Positions 46,454 to 55,527 of a stretch of DNA of 64,000 nucleotides are shown here, one piece after another. The notes under the pieces are model-generated. The model worked only from the letters and a program-made list of their open reading frames with translations. It did no database searches and was not told the origin of the DNA. Source of the stretch: Candidatus Dormiibacterota bacterium. Lineage in GTDB: Bacteria > Acidobacteriota > Terriglobia > Acidiferrales > UBA7541. Location: contig DATNMX010000044.1 of the NCBI GenBank assembly GCA_035602135.1, positions 15,269 to 79,268 on the forward strand. Reading direction: 5' to 3'. Made by a program: the position numbers and the translations under genes. Within the stretch, counting starts at the first letter, position 1, and every line of letters begins with the position of its first letter.

Positions 46454-47863
46454 TTACTGGCCAACCACGAGGTCGCTGCCGTCCTGATAGCGGCGCACGC
46501 TAGTGGCGTCCCATAAAATACGGAAGGTGGCGAATGAGTTTGCTGTGACGCGGCGAGTGTAAAAAATTTGAACGCCATCGCGCGACCATTCCGCACTGCG
46601 GACCCACTGATCGGAAGGGCTTAGAGTGACGCGCCGCTTGGAACGCAATTCGAAGAGGAAGAAGCCGGCAGGCTGGGCGGTCGGATCGGAGGAAACGCTG
46701 GGGGACGGGGCGGCAAATTTTGCAGAGACGAGCAGCAGGTCTGGGTTGGTAGGATTCACCCGGAGAGTGTCTCCCACGCTGATCTGGAAAGCGTCACCGT
46801 ACAAATCTTTGAGCGGCAGCGATTGTTGCGGTTTGCCGTCGGATATCCAATAGGCATTCTGTTTGTCGGTGGCCAAAACCGTGTTCGCATCCGCCCAGCC
46901 GTGCAAGGCGTTGACATCACCATCGTAAAACGGAGCAGGGTACTCGGGACTGTCTGCGCGGAGACTGTCTCCACGGAAACTCCAGATCTGCCACTTCTGG
47001 TCCTGCAATTTCAGGAAAGCTACGCGGGAATCGTCTGGAGACCAAAAGGGCTGGCGAAGCGCGCCATAAACGAGATCCTTGGAGCGACCGGTATCGGAGT
47101 CATAGAGGACCAGGGTGCGATCCGGACCACCGTTCGAATCGGCGCGCGTGTAGAGCAATTTCCTGCCGTCATGAGAAAGGGACAACTCCGAACCGGCGGG
47201 CGCGGCGATTTTTTTGCCGGCGCCTCGGCTGAGGACGACTTTGCCGGTGGAATTAAGAAAGGCTACGGCGACAGGCGCCTTGAAATTTGTAACGGGTGAA
47301 GTGGGAGGCTTCTTTTTCGCGGGGTCGTCATCATCGGTTTGATTGGTAACGTGCGGAAATAATTCCGCTGCGATGCGCGCGCATCCGTGGAGCGTACCGA
47401 TCTGCGCGTGCTCGACGACGGCGCGAAAAGTGTATTTCTGGGCAACCGCGCCAGCAGAGGGCAGCGTGGTGGAGGCGGTTTCAGAGCAAGGTTCTCTCGC
47501 AAGTTGGACAGCTACCGCGGCGCCGGTGCCCAGGTCTTTGGCACGATACGTCCAGGCAACAGAGGAAGCGTCGCGGATGACTTCAACGGACTCTAGCAAG
47601 ACGGGCGGATAGTTTGCGCGCTCGAGGCGCTCCGGACCTTTCTGACCGATAAGAACGCTCCAGGAAGGTTCGCTGCCGTGGGCTAAGAGGAGAATTGGGT
47701 AATGGGTGGATTGCGGCGCCGCTGGCGCAGGGGCAACTTGTGTGGGAGGCCCTTTCTGGGCTTGCGGAGGAGGCGGCTGCTGCGCTGAACAAATTGGCGG
47801 CAGACTACTGAATAGACCAAATGCCGGAAACAGGAGAAGCAATGGACTCCGGGACTTGCGCAA
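46454..47863 (-). CDS. Exported two-domain protein: N-terminal COG3650-like domain + TolB/PD40-like beta-propeller region
   Basis: The TTG start at 47863 lies 7 nt after GGAGG. A signal peptide is present (MRKSRSPLLLLFPAFGLFSSLPPICSA). GSEPSWSVLIG resembles the GxEPxW block of COG3650-type proteins. PD40-like repeats are visible (LSHDGRKLLYTR, FWSPDDSRVAF, WSRDGVQIFY). Confidence 0.65.
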   Translation of the reverse strand: MRKSRSPLLLLFPAFGLFSSLPPICSAQQPPPPQAQKGPPTQVAPAPAAPQSTHYPILLLAHGSEPSWSVLIGQKGPERLERANYPPVLLESVEVIRDASSVAWTYRAKDLGTGAAVAVQLAREPCSETASTTLPSAGAVAQKYTFRAVVEHAQIGTLHGCARIAAELFPHVTNQTDDDDPAKKKPPTSPVTNFKAPVAVAFLNSTGKVVLSRGAGKKIAAPAGSELSLSHDGRKLLYTRADSNGGPDRTLVLYDSDTGRSKDLVYGALRQPFWSPDDSRVAFLKLQDQKWQIWSFRGDSLRADSPEYPAPFYDGDVNALHGWADANTVLATDKQNAYWISDGKPQQSLPLKDLYGDAFQISVGDTLRVNPTNPDLLLVSAKFAAPSPSVSSDPTAQPAGFFLFELRSKRRVTLSPSDQWVRSAEWSRDGVQIFYTRRVTANSFATFRILWDATSVRRYQDGSDLVVGQ

Positions 47864-48146
47864 AGGCGGTCCTCCGGGAACAAGGGAGAATACCCCGGGG
47901 AGACGGGAGAGAGCAATTGCGGTCCGAGTTGGTGGCAGGGGCGTACCTTCAAGGTTGAGTGAGAGAGGCGGTAGACGAATAAAACGCGAAACTAATAGTT
48001 GACTAGGCGAATAAAAAGCGAAATACTGAGGCTGCTTGAGGTGGGCTATGTTCTCAGTTTTGTCTCCATCAGCGCCGAGTTTTCGTACTCGACGCCGCCA
48101 CGTTCAGCCTGCTCCAGAAACACTTTTTCCTGAGCTAGGCGGCAGC

Positions 48147-49286
48147 ATGACGGGTTACCTCGCGGCGGATTGCCCCCCGCCGTTTTTGGTTACGCACGGA
48201 CCCCCAAGCCGTGTCGATGACCGGACCCGCAGCGCTGTCGCACGGCCGACCGGAGTAGCTAACGCGTCGCTAGTGGGCATAGCCCGCCTCGCAGCAAATT
48301 CTCCTCCAGCGGAGACACGCCGGACTTCGACGGACCGGCCGGAATATTTCCTTCTGCCGGTGAAGTCGATCTTGAACCACTGCGATTCCAAACGCGTGCC
48401 GTTTGAATGGACGATTAACCCGTATCGCGGGTGCGAGTTCGCGTGCGGATATTGTTATGCGCGGTACACCCATGAATTCATGGAACTGGATGGAGGGGAG
48501 TTCGAAAAGAAGATTTTTGTGAAAAAGGATGCGGCCGCGTTGCTGAGGCATGACCTAGCACAGAAGTATTTGCCTAACTCGAATGTCTGGGAGCGAGAGC
48601 CAGAGCATATTGCCATCGGCACAGCTACCGACCCTTATCAGCCTGCGGAGCAGGAGTATGGTGTTACGCGGGCGTGCCTCGAGGAACTGGCCAAGCACGA
48701 TAGCTTGAGCGTTTCCATCATTACCAAGTCCAATCAAATTGTGCGAGACATAGATGTGTTGAAAAAGATTGCGGCGCACTCCGAGCTGCACGTGAATATC
48801 ACGATAACCACGCTTCGATCGCGGCTGGCGAGGCTGCTGGAGCCGCGAGCACCGCGTCCGGATTTGCGAATTGCTGCCCTAAAACAATTGCATCAGGCGG
48901 GATTGGCGGTAGGAGTATCGGCGTCGCCGCTGATTCCGGGAATCACAGATCGCGAAGGGGACCTGGAGGCGTTGGGCCGAGCGGTACGAGAGGCAGGGGC
49001 ACAATGGTTTTTCTCCAATGTGCTCTTTCTAATGCCATCTGCAGCGAAGCAGTTTTTGCCACTGGTGCGGAAGAAGTTTCCGCAACTGGCGAAACAATAT
49101 GAGGAGTGGTACTCGCGGGATGGCTACGCTCCAGCGGAATATCGCAAAAAAATCGCCGAACGAGTGACCCGACTCAGGACGAAACTTGGATTTACGGTGC
49201 GGCCGTGGGATGAGACGCAGAAGAGACCGTGCGCGCAGATGTCGTTGGTTTGGAACACGGCGACCGACACGGTTAGGGAACGATGA
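48147..49286 (+). CDS. Radical SAM protein, SplB/COG1533-like (spore-photoproduct-lyase-related)
   Basis: The CxxxCxxC cluster lies in NPYRGCEFACGYCYARY, preceded by KSILNH. The start is uncertain: the track ORF begins at 48036, with an ATG at 48147 and a GTG at 48273 as alternatives. Confidence 0.8.
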   Translation: MTGYLAADCPPPFLVTHGPPSRVDDRTRSAVARPTGVANASLVGIARLAANSPPAETRRTSTDRPEYFLLPVKSILNHCDSKRVPFEWTINPYRGCEFACGYCYARYTHEFMELDGGEFEKKIFVKKDAAALLRHDLAQKYLPNSNVWEREPEHIAIGTATDPYQPAEQEYGVTRACLEELAKHDSLSVSIITKSNQIVRDIDVLKKIAAHSELHVNITITTLRSRLARLLEPRAPRPDLRIAALKQLHQAGLAVGVSASPLIPGITDREGDLEALGRAVREAGAQWFFSNVLFLMPSAAKQFLPLVRKKFPQLAKQYEEWYSRDGYAPAEYRKKIAERVTRLRTKLGFTVRPWDETQKRPCAQMSLVWNTATDTVRER

Positions 49287-49968
49287 TGCGCTTTTCCGCG
49301 CGCTGCAGCTCGGGCACTTGTGGAAACTGGGAGCGTAGAAACTCGATGTAACGGCGAGAACGAGGGCGTCCGTTAGTGCGCAGCAAACCCATGCGGTAGA
49401 GAAAAACCAACAAATAAAAAACTTCAGACTCGCTCATAGTGTTGCCTGCGCCGGATTGTTGCGTTTTGATTTCCGTGAGTAAGGTTGCGAGCGCGGCGTA
49501 GAGCTCGCGAGGGAGCAACGCGGCGGGAGGCTTCTCATAAATGAGGCCAGCGCTCAGGGTCTTATAGGTTTGCGCCAGCGCTTCGATGGCAATAAGGATG
49601 TCCGGATCGGTCGCCGCGGGCTGTAGCGAGCAGAACTTGGCGATCGAGAACGCTAGTGCAGCCAGGAGCTGTTGGCGAGCGTTGATGTTGATAAGGTCCT
49701 GAGGAAGCTTCACATCAAGCAAGGGGGTGTCGGCGGGGAGCTCGCGCTGATGTTCATCCTCGTAGCGATGACCCGCGATGAGATGTGCGCAGTCGGGAGG
49801 ACAGTCGACGGTTACTTCTCTCGCAGTAGCGCAACACACGGCGCAAATTGTTTCACCCTTGGCGGGGCAAAATCGGACCGCTTTGCGCTTTTCACAGATC
49901 GGACAGGACACGGGATCTCCCAGAAAGTGAGAACAGTCGTGAGAATACGCTGTGGGGCTAGAAAACAC
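49273..49968 (-). CDS. Hypothetical protein with an N-terminal Cys-rich zinc-ribbon-like module
   Basis: The Cys-rich module is CPICEKRKAVRFCPAKGETICAVCCATAREVTVDCPPDCAHL, followed by an alpha-helical-looking body. The start is either the GTG at 49968 (no Shine-Dalgarno) or the GTG at 49911 (preceded by GGGAGA). Its 3' end overlaps the radical SAM gene by 14 nt in convergent orientation. Confidence 0.55.
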   Translation of the reverse strand: MFSSPTAYSHDCSHFLGDPVSCPICEKRKAVRFCPAKGETICAVCCATAREVTVDCPPDCAHLIAGHRYEDEHQRELPADTPLLDVKLPQDLININARQQLLAALAFSIAKFCSLQPAATDPDILIAIEALAQTYKTLSAGLIYEKPPAALLPRELYAALATLLTEIKTQQSGAGNTMSESEVFYLLVFLYRMGLLRTNGRPRSRRYIEFLRSQFPQVPELQRAEKRIIVP

Positions 49969-50080
49969 AAAAGAGGAGGTCTATGTAGGTACAAGGCGAG
50001 CGGGAAATGGCTGGGGGACTGCGATTTGGCAGATGCTTAAATGCGGACGCAGTTTAATTGGTGAGGTGAAAAAACCGAAT

Positions 50081-50362
50081 TTATTCCGGATCGCAGACTA
50101 GGGTAGCGCTGACCGTAGTTCCCTCATTCGAAGAAAACAATTCCAGCTTACCGCCGAGTTGCCTCATGCGCTCGGTCATTCCGCGTAAGCCCACTCCGAG
50201 CGTACCAACGGCGTCGCGGGTGGATTCCAGGATGCTGGCAGGTATTCCTTCGCCCTGATCTTTAATTTCCAAGTTGACCGTCCGGTCTTTTGCCAGCAAG
50301 CGAACTTGTGCTGTAGCACTTCCGCAGTGGCGATGGACACATCGGCTGCTGATTTCGCGCGG
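50081..50362 (-). pseudogene. Remnant of a HisKA_3-class sensor histidine kinase (C-terminal HATPase_c fragment only)
   Basis: The open frame without a proper start encodes ...CVHRHCGSATAQVRLLAKDRTVNLEIKDQGEGIP...LGVGLRGMTERMRQLGGKLELFSSNEGTTVSATL. This has the G1/G2 boxes and the typical NarX/LiaS-type C-terminus. An in-frame TGA lies at 50363-50365. The upstream sequence is split over two other frames and has no recognisable sensor or intact H-box. Confidence 0.5.
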
Positions 50363-50652
50363 TCAATGACAGTGCCGATAGTTTCGGCGAAGCGGGCTGC
50401 GTCCGGAGATCCGTTGCGCATAAACTTCGACTGAGTCTCGGCTGCATCCAACAGAACGTAGCGTCCTCGGTGAATTGCTCTGGCGGTATCCAAGCCGCGT
50501 GCTCGAGGGCTTGAGAAGCTTCCAAGGCCTCCTCTATTCGAAGCATCGTGGAGCGACCTCTTTAGTTCGAGGTCTGGTGAGAAGGCGAGCTTTAATGAGC
50601 ACGGCCAGAATAAAGCAGTAGAGGCAATACGTTAAATCCTGAACATCAGCCC

Positions 50653-51774
50653 TTACGACATGATGACTTTATTTTGGAAGCGGCGAGCGGCAATGAACAA
50701 AAGTGAAGTGCCCATAGCGAAGAGGGCGAGGGCGTCGGTCCAAAGATGCTGAAGGCCTGCCCCGCGAAGAATGATACCGCGCGTGATGTTAATGAAATAG
50801 GTCGCGGGGACGAAATAGCTAAAACCGCGAAAGATGAGGGGCATGGTCTCGCGGGGAAAGATGTACCCCGAGAAGAAAATGCTCGGGAGGATAGTAAGAA
50901 AGGCCAGTTGCATAGCTTCAGCTTGCGTGCCCGCTTTGCTGGAGATGAGGATGCCGAGCGAGAGGGAGACGAAGATGTAAGGCAGGGAAAGAAACGCCAG
51001 CAGCAAAACGCTGCCGTGGATGGGAACGCGGAAAATGAAGCGCATGGCGGAGACGATCAGGCAAAGCTCGAAGAATCCGATTCCGAAATAAGGAAGGAGT
51101 TTGCCAAGAAGCAAACCAAAGGGACGCACGGGCGTGACGAAAAGCTGCTCCAACGTGCCGCGCTCTTTTTCTCGGACGATTGCGAAAGCCGTCAAAAAGG
51201 TGGTGACATTGAGAAGCAGGATGGCCGTGAGGCCAGGCAAGAAGAAATTTGGCGAACGCGAGTCCGGATTGAAAAGAATTTTAGGGCGCATCTCCACGGC
51301 CATGGCATTACGGTCAGCCAGGACGCGGCGGAGAGATTCATCGAGGCCGATAGCGGTCGTAACGTTGATGGCCTGGCCGGCGACGGAAGAGTCTGAGCCG
51401 TCTATCAAGACAAGTACTTGCGCGCTCGTTTGATGGAGAAGCCGATCAGAATAGTCCACCGGAATCTTGACGCCCACACGGGCTTGGCCGCCAATAATGG
51501 TATCGTTCAGGTCTTGATCGTTATCAACGTAGCGCACGACGTTGAACATGTCAGAATTCTTCAGTCGATCGATAAGTTCGCGGCTCTGGCGGCGGCCGTC
51601 GGCGTTGAGGACGACAGTATGTATTTGACGAATGTTAGTGTCGATACCGAAGCCCAGCAGAGCCATCTGTAACAGCGGAATAATCAAAGAGAAAAAAAGC
51701 GTGGCCGAATCGCGGCGCACGTGCAGCACCTCTTTATAGAAGACGGCTCCGAAACCCCGGAAGAAGTCACGCAC
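50653..51774 (-). CDS. ABC-2-type transporter permease (YbhS/YbhR-like)
   Basis: The likely start is the GTG at 51774 (MRDFFRGFGAVFYKEVLHVRRD...), overlapping the ATPase stop (GTGCGTGA). The track ORF up to 52050 runs out of frame through the ATPase gene. The product has a large periplasmic loop followed by 5 C-terminal TM segments, typical of ABC-2 permeases. Confidence 0.85.
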   Translation of the reverse strand: MRDFFRGFGAVFYKEVLHVRRDSATLFFSLIIPLLQMALLGFGIDTNIRQIHTVVLNADGRRQSRELIDRLKNSDMFNVVRYVDNDQDLNDTIIGGQARVGVKIPVDYSDRLLHQTSAQVLVLIDGSDSSVAGQAINVTTAIGLDESLRRVLADRNAMAVEMRPKILFNPDSRSPNFFLPGLTAILLLNVTTFLTAFAIVREKERGTLEQLFVTPVRPFGLLLGKLLPYFGIGFFELCLIVSAMRFIFRVPIHGSVLLLAFLSLPYIFVSLSLGILISSKAGTQAEAMQLAFLTILPSIFFSGYIFPRETMPLIFRGFSYFVPATYFINITRGIILRGAGLQHLWTDALALFAMGTSLLFIAARRFQNKVIMS

Positions 51775-52750
51775 GAGCGGCCTCAATTTCGCTCTGATGT
51801 TTTTCGGTGAGCTCGACGAAAACATCTTCAAGGCTGGGCTTGAGTGGCCGAATATCGGTAACGGTGATATCGCCCTTGAGAAGTTGAGCCCGAAGATCAG
51901 CGGGATCGAAGTCGTCTTCGACGAGGGCATGAATTGATTCGCCAAAAATGGTGGCGCTACGAATACCGGGGATCTTGCGCGCGAGACGCAACGCCCGGGT
52001 AACTTCCGGCGTGATGATCTCGATACGTTTCGTACCGGCAGGCTGAACATCAGGAAGTTTTTTCAGTTCGTCGGGCGTGCCGTCGGCGATGATTTTTCCG
52101 TAATAGATATAGGCCACATGATTGCAGCGCTCGGCCTCGTCCATGTAATGGGTGGTGACGAAAAAAGTTATGCCGTGGCCGGAAAGTTCGAAAAGCAAAT
52201 CCCAGAGCTGGCGCCGGGCGACGGGATCAATGCCCGCCGTTGGCTCATCCAAAAAAAGAAGCTGCGGTTCGTGAAGCATGGCACAACCTAGTGCCAGGCG
52301 TTGCTTCCAGCCTCCGGAAAGTCGCATGGCGAGGCGGTTCATGTACGGCGCAAGGCCATTCAGCTGCACGATATCATCGATGCGTTGTTTTAAACGCGTG
52401 GGCGTAAGGCCGTAGATGCGACCGTAAAACTGCAAATTTTCGGCGACCGTCAGATCGTCGTAGAGGCTGAACTTCTGCGACATATAGCCGATACGTTCGC
52501 GAACGGCTTCCGCGTCGACGCGCACGTCCAGGCCTTCGACCCAAGCCGAGCCAGCGGATAGCGGCAACAGGCCGATGAGCATTTTTATGACAGTTGTCTT
52601 CCCGCTTCCGTTGGGACCGAGGAAACCGAAGATTTCACCTTTTTGCACACGAAAACTGACGTCGTTCACGGCAACGAAATCACCGAAGCGGCGCACGAGA
52701 TGCTGCGCGAGGATAGAAGCATTGACGGGGGTTGGTGCGGCGATGGCCAT
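51767..52750 (-). CDS. ABC transporter ATP-binding protein
   Basis: The ABC motifs are Walker A GPNGSGKTT, signature LSGGWKQRLAL, Walker B LLFLDEPTAGID and an H-loop TTHYMDEA. Confidence 0.95.
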   Translation of the reverse strand: MAIAAPTPVNASILAQHLVRRFGDFVAVNDVSFRVQKGEIFGFLGPNGSGKTTVIKMLIGLLPLSAGSAWVEGLDVRVDAEAVRERIGYMSQKFSLYDDLTVAENLQFYGRIYGLTPTRLKQRIDDIVQLNGLAPYMNRLAMRLSGGWKQRLALGCAMLHEPQLLFLDEPTAGIDPVARRQLWDLLFELSGHGITFFVTTHYMDEAERCNHVAYIYYGKIIADGTPDELKKLPDVQPAGTKRIEIITPEVTRALRLARKIPGIRSATIFGESIHALVEDDFDPADLRAQLLKGDITVTDIRPLKPSLEDVFVELTEKHQSEIEAARA

Positions 52751-52753
52751 CGC

Positions 52754-53851
52754 TCAACCGCCAGCATTCAGTTTGACGTCGGCGGCCATACCGGCGCGAA
52801 TGCGGCCGGAAGGATCGTCAATGCGTATCTTTATACCGAACACCTGATGTACGCGTTCATCGCGGGTCTGAACGTTCCGCGGAAGAAATTCAGCCTGTTG
52901 GTTAATTTGTTCTACATAGCCATCAAAAACTTTGCTGGGAAACGAATCGACGCGAACGCCGGCTTTCTGGCCAAGTCGGACGCGACCGATCTCAGTCTCC
53001 GGGATGTAAATGCGGACGTAGAGCTGATCACGTTCGAGCAAAGTGGCGACCGGAGTGTTCGGGGCAACGAGGTCGCCCGGGCGAACGTCAAGAACTTCGA
53101 CGATCGCTGCGGCGGGCGCAACGACTTCGCGCTCGCGGAAACGGGCTTCGTCGTAGGAATAAGCTGCTTTGGCGAGATCGATGTCTTCGCGGCGCGAGCC
53201 GTTCTCGAATTTCTTTAGAGTGGCTTGCGCTTGACGAGAATGCGCTTCGGCAGCAGCGATTTCTTCCGGCCGATAACCGTGCCGCAATTGATCGAGTTTA
53301 TCCTGCGCGTTTTGTTCTTGCGCGGCGGCTACTTTCCAGTTGGCTTCGGCGGTGTCGCGCTGTTGTTTGGAAACAAGGTCCTTCTTTGCCAGGGCATCGT
53401 AACGGTCAAAATCAGCATGTGTCCGCACCTCTTCCGCTTTTGCACGATCAAGGTCGGCTTGCGCGGAGGCGATATCTTCTACGCGATAACCATGTTTGCG
53501 CTGTTCGTATTCGGCCTGAGCTTGTGCCGCAGCGGCGCGGGCTTCGGCAATCTCTTCGGGACGGAAGCCGCGCTGGGCTTTTTCAGCAGCCGCGCGCGAT
53601 TGTCGCAGAGCAGCTTGCAGTTCTTGGTCGTCGAAAGTAATCAGGATTTGACCAGGCTGCACGGAGTCCCCTTCGCGCACGAGAACTTTTTCAATGCGCC
53701 CGCCAACTTTGGAGCCCACACGTATGTTGCGCGCTTCTACTGTGCCGGAGCCTTGCAGTGAAGAGTCGTGCCGAAACCAGCCGGCGTAGAGAGCCGTGCC
53801 GATGAGAACGGCGGCGATGATGAGCACGATGATGATGCGTTTGCGGGTCAT
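52754..53851 (-). CDS. HlyD-family membrane fusion (periplasmic adaptor) protein
   Basis: The ATG at 53851 gives MTRKRIIIVLIIAAVLIGTALYAG, a TM anchor. A lipoyl-like segment follows (VEARNIRVGSKVGGRIEKVLVREGDSVQPGQIL). A long coiled-coil rich in A, E, Q and R comes next, and then a beta-barrel segment. Confidence 0.85.
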   Translation of the reverse strand: MTRKRIIIVLIIAAVLIGTALYAGWFRHDSSLQGSGTVEARNIRVGSKVGGRIEKVLVREGDSVQPGQILITFDDQELQAALRQSRAAAEKAQRGFRPEEIAEARAAAAQAQAEYEQRKHGYRVEDIASAQADLDRAKAEEVRTHADFDRYDALAKKDLVSKQQRDTAEANWKVAAAQEQNAQDKLDQLRHGYRPEEIAAAEAHSRQAQATLKKFENGSRREDIDLAKAAYSYDEARFREREVVAPAAAIVEVLDVRPGDLVAPNTPVATLLERDQLYVRIYIPETEIGRVRLGQKAGVRVDSFPSKVFDGYVEQINQQAEFLPRNVQTRDERVHQVFGIKIRIDDPSGRIRAGMAADVKLNAGG

Positions 53852-53867
53852 TGATAAATGCCTTCTC

Positions 53868-54575
53868 TCACGACGAAAGTGAAGATGGCGTAGGCGCACG
53901 CGCTTCGCGGGGGGCAATTCCGCGCCAGAGCAGATCGAACGCGGTATGAATACGCGCTGGCAAAGTCGCGTCGCCGTAGACGGACCACATCAGCAACGTG
54001 CCGAAAATGGTTTGTCGAAAAACATGAGCAATCTCCATAGGCGGGAGATCGGCGCGGATCTCTCCCCGATCCTGTCCTATTTGAATCAATTGCGTCAGTA
54101 GTTGATGAGCGCGATTGTGGTTGGCGCGCATGGCTTCCCGTACCGGACTGCTAGAGAGGTTAGCCTGAAGAATAGCGCGCACAATGGAGGGGTTTCGTGC
54201 TGGCTCCGCGGTCATGCGCACGCCCAGCCCACGCAAGAAGGCGGGCATGGGTTCCTTTGCTCGGCGGGCGTCGTCGATAGCAGCTTGCAATTTGCCGAGT
54301 TGCATATCTGCAAAAGCGATGAGGATATGGTCTTTGGTGGGGAAATAATTGAAGAAAGTGCCTTTGCCGACGTCCGCGGCATTGGTGATGTCCTCTACGG
54401 TGGTTTCCGAGAAACCTTTCTCGGCGAAAAGATCGAGGGAGGCGCGGAAAAGACGTTCTCGAGTTTCAACGCTGCGACGGTGGCGGCGACCAGGAGAAGC
54501 CGGGGGCGCTGTAATCAGGGCGGCTTGATCAAAGGGATGGATTGTGACTTCCCCCCATATATGACTATAGGTCAT
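53868..54575 (-). CDS. TetR/AcrR-family transcriptional regulator
   Basis: The helix-turn-helix region is RERLFRASLDLFAEKGFSETTVEDITNAADVGKGTFFNYFPTKDHIL. It is the first gene of the TetR-HlyD-ABC-ABC2 operon, which has a CecR-YbhGFSR-like layout. Confidence 0.9.
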   Translation of the reverse strand: MTYSHIWGEVTIHPFDQAALITAPPASPGRRHRRSVETRERLFRASLDLFAEKGFSETTVEDITNAADVGKGTFFNYFPTKDHILIAFADMQLGKLQAAIDDARRAKEPMPAFLRGLGVRMTAEPARNPSIVRAILQANLSSSPVREAMRANHNRAHQLLTQLIQIGQDRGEIRADLPPMEIAHVFRQTIFGTLLMWSVYGDATLPARIHTAFDLLWRGIAPREARAPTPSSLSS

Positions 54576-54658
54576 ACACGATGAAAAGTCCAGGAGAACC
54601 TGCGCTGCGGATCAAGTACCCGCAGCGCGAGATTGCTTGGGCTGAATGGAAATGGCTA

Positions 54659-55369
54659 CTACTTCAACGAACTGGGTTCTGACAAATTCTTAGGCGACTT
54701 GCGGTTTAGGTACGAAACCATCGTCTGCGCCGCTGGCGGAACGCGAACAGCGCCTTTGGTTATGATGTCTTCAGCCTGCACGTGCTTGCTGTAAATGCGC
54801 TCATTTGCGTCGTTATCAGGCCGCACGGTCGAGCCGGCGAGAGAGATGCCCGCAAAAAGGCCGCGCGAACGTGAGTAGCTGAGGACTTCGGAGCGCATAG
54901 TAACGTCGGTGGAAGCTTCGGCGTTGCGCCCCTTGGGACCAGCGGCGACCGAAGCATCTCCTCCGAGCTTCACTTTGCTGCTGAGGATCGCACGTGCGCC
55001 ACGAGGATTCATAACTAACAGCACAAAATCTGTAGCCTGGCCGCCAAGTTGGAAGCCGATGCTGAGACCTTCGAGAGCCATCATGGACGGTGCGCCCCAC
55101 GGCCCGGTGAAGTGCTCGCCTGTGCGGCAGGTCATCGCGCCGCGGCCATAACTTCCGCCAATGCCAAAGGCGGCCTTGAGGACCGAGGGATACACGATGA
55201 CACACTCAGCTTTGTCGAGCAGCTCCTGGGGGATGTTGTCGGGTATATCCAAAATCTCTTTGAGGACGGTACTGCAATTTTGCAGCCGATCGGTTTCCTT
55301 TAGGTCTTTCGCAGAAAGCGGCAGAGCGATTATCGCGAGGGCCATCCAACACGAAATCATTCGTTTCAT
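54659..55369 (-). CDS. Exported SYLF (Ysc84/DUF500) lipid-binding domain protein
   Basis: After a signal peptide come the SYLF-family blocks VIVYPSVLKAAFGIGGSYGRGAM, GFQLGGQATDFVLLVMN, KVKLGGDASVAAGPKGR and SRGLFAGISLAGS. Confidence 0.8.
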   Translation of the reverse strand: MKRMISCWMALAIIALPLSAKDLKETDRLQNCSTVLKEILDIPDNIPQELLDKAECVIVYPSVLKAAFGIGGSYGRGAMTCRTGEHFTGPWGAPSMMALEGLSIGFQLGGQATDFVLLVMNPRGARAILSSKVKLGGDASVAAGPKGRNAEASTDVTMRSEVLSYSRSRGLFAGISLAGSTVRPDNDANERIYSKHVQAEDIITKGAVRVPPAAQTMVSYLNRKSPKNLSEPSSLK

Positions 55370-55527
55370 AAACGATTCACCTCGTCAGCAGATTTTGACC
55401 CAGCAAGGAAGGGTAGCGTTTCTATCCTCACGTTCCTGCTCATGAGTAGTACACACAGCGCGGCAGGAATTCTTCCGCGGCTATTCGACTATACTTTCTC
55501 GGGCGGGATTTTACCAGCAGAGGGAAC

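Noticed and set aside
51775-52050. Upstream extension of the ABC-2 permease track ORF
   Set aside because: It runs out of frame through the 3' end of the ABC ATPase gene. The GTG at 51774 gives the typical permease N-terminus and a coupled GTGCGTGA junction.
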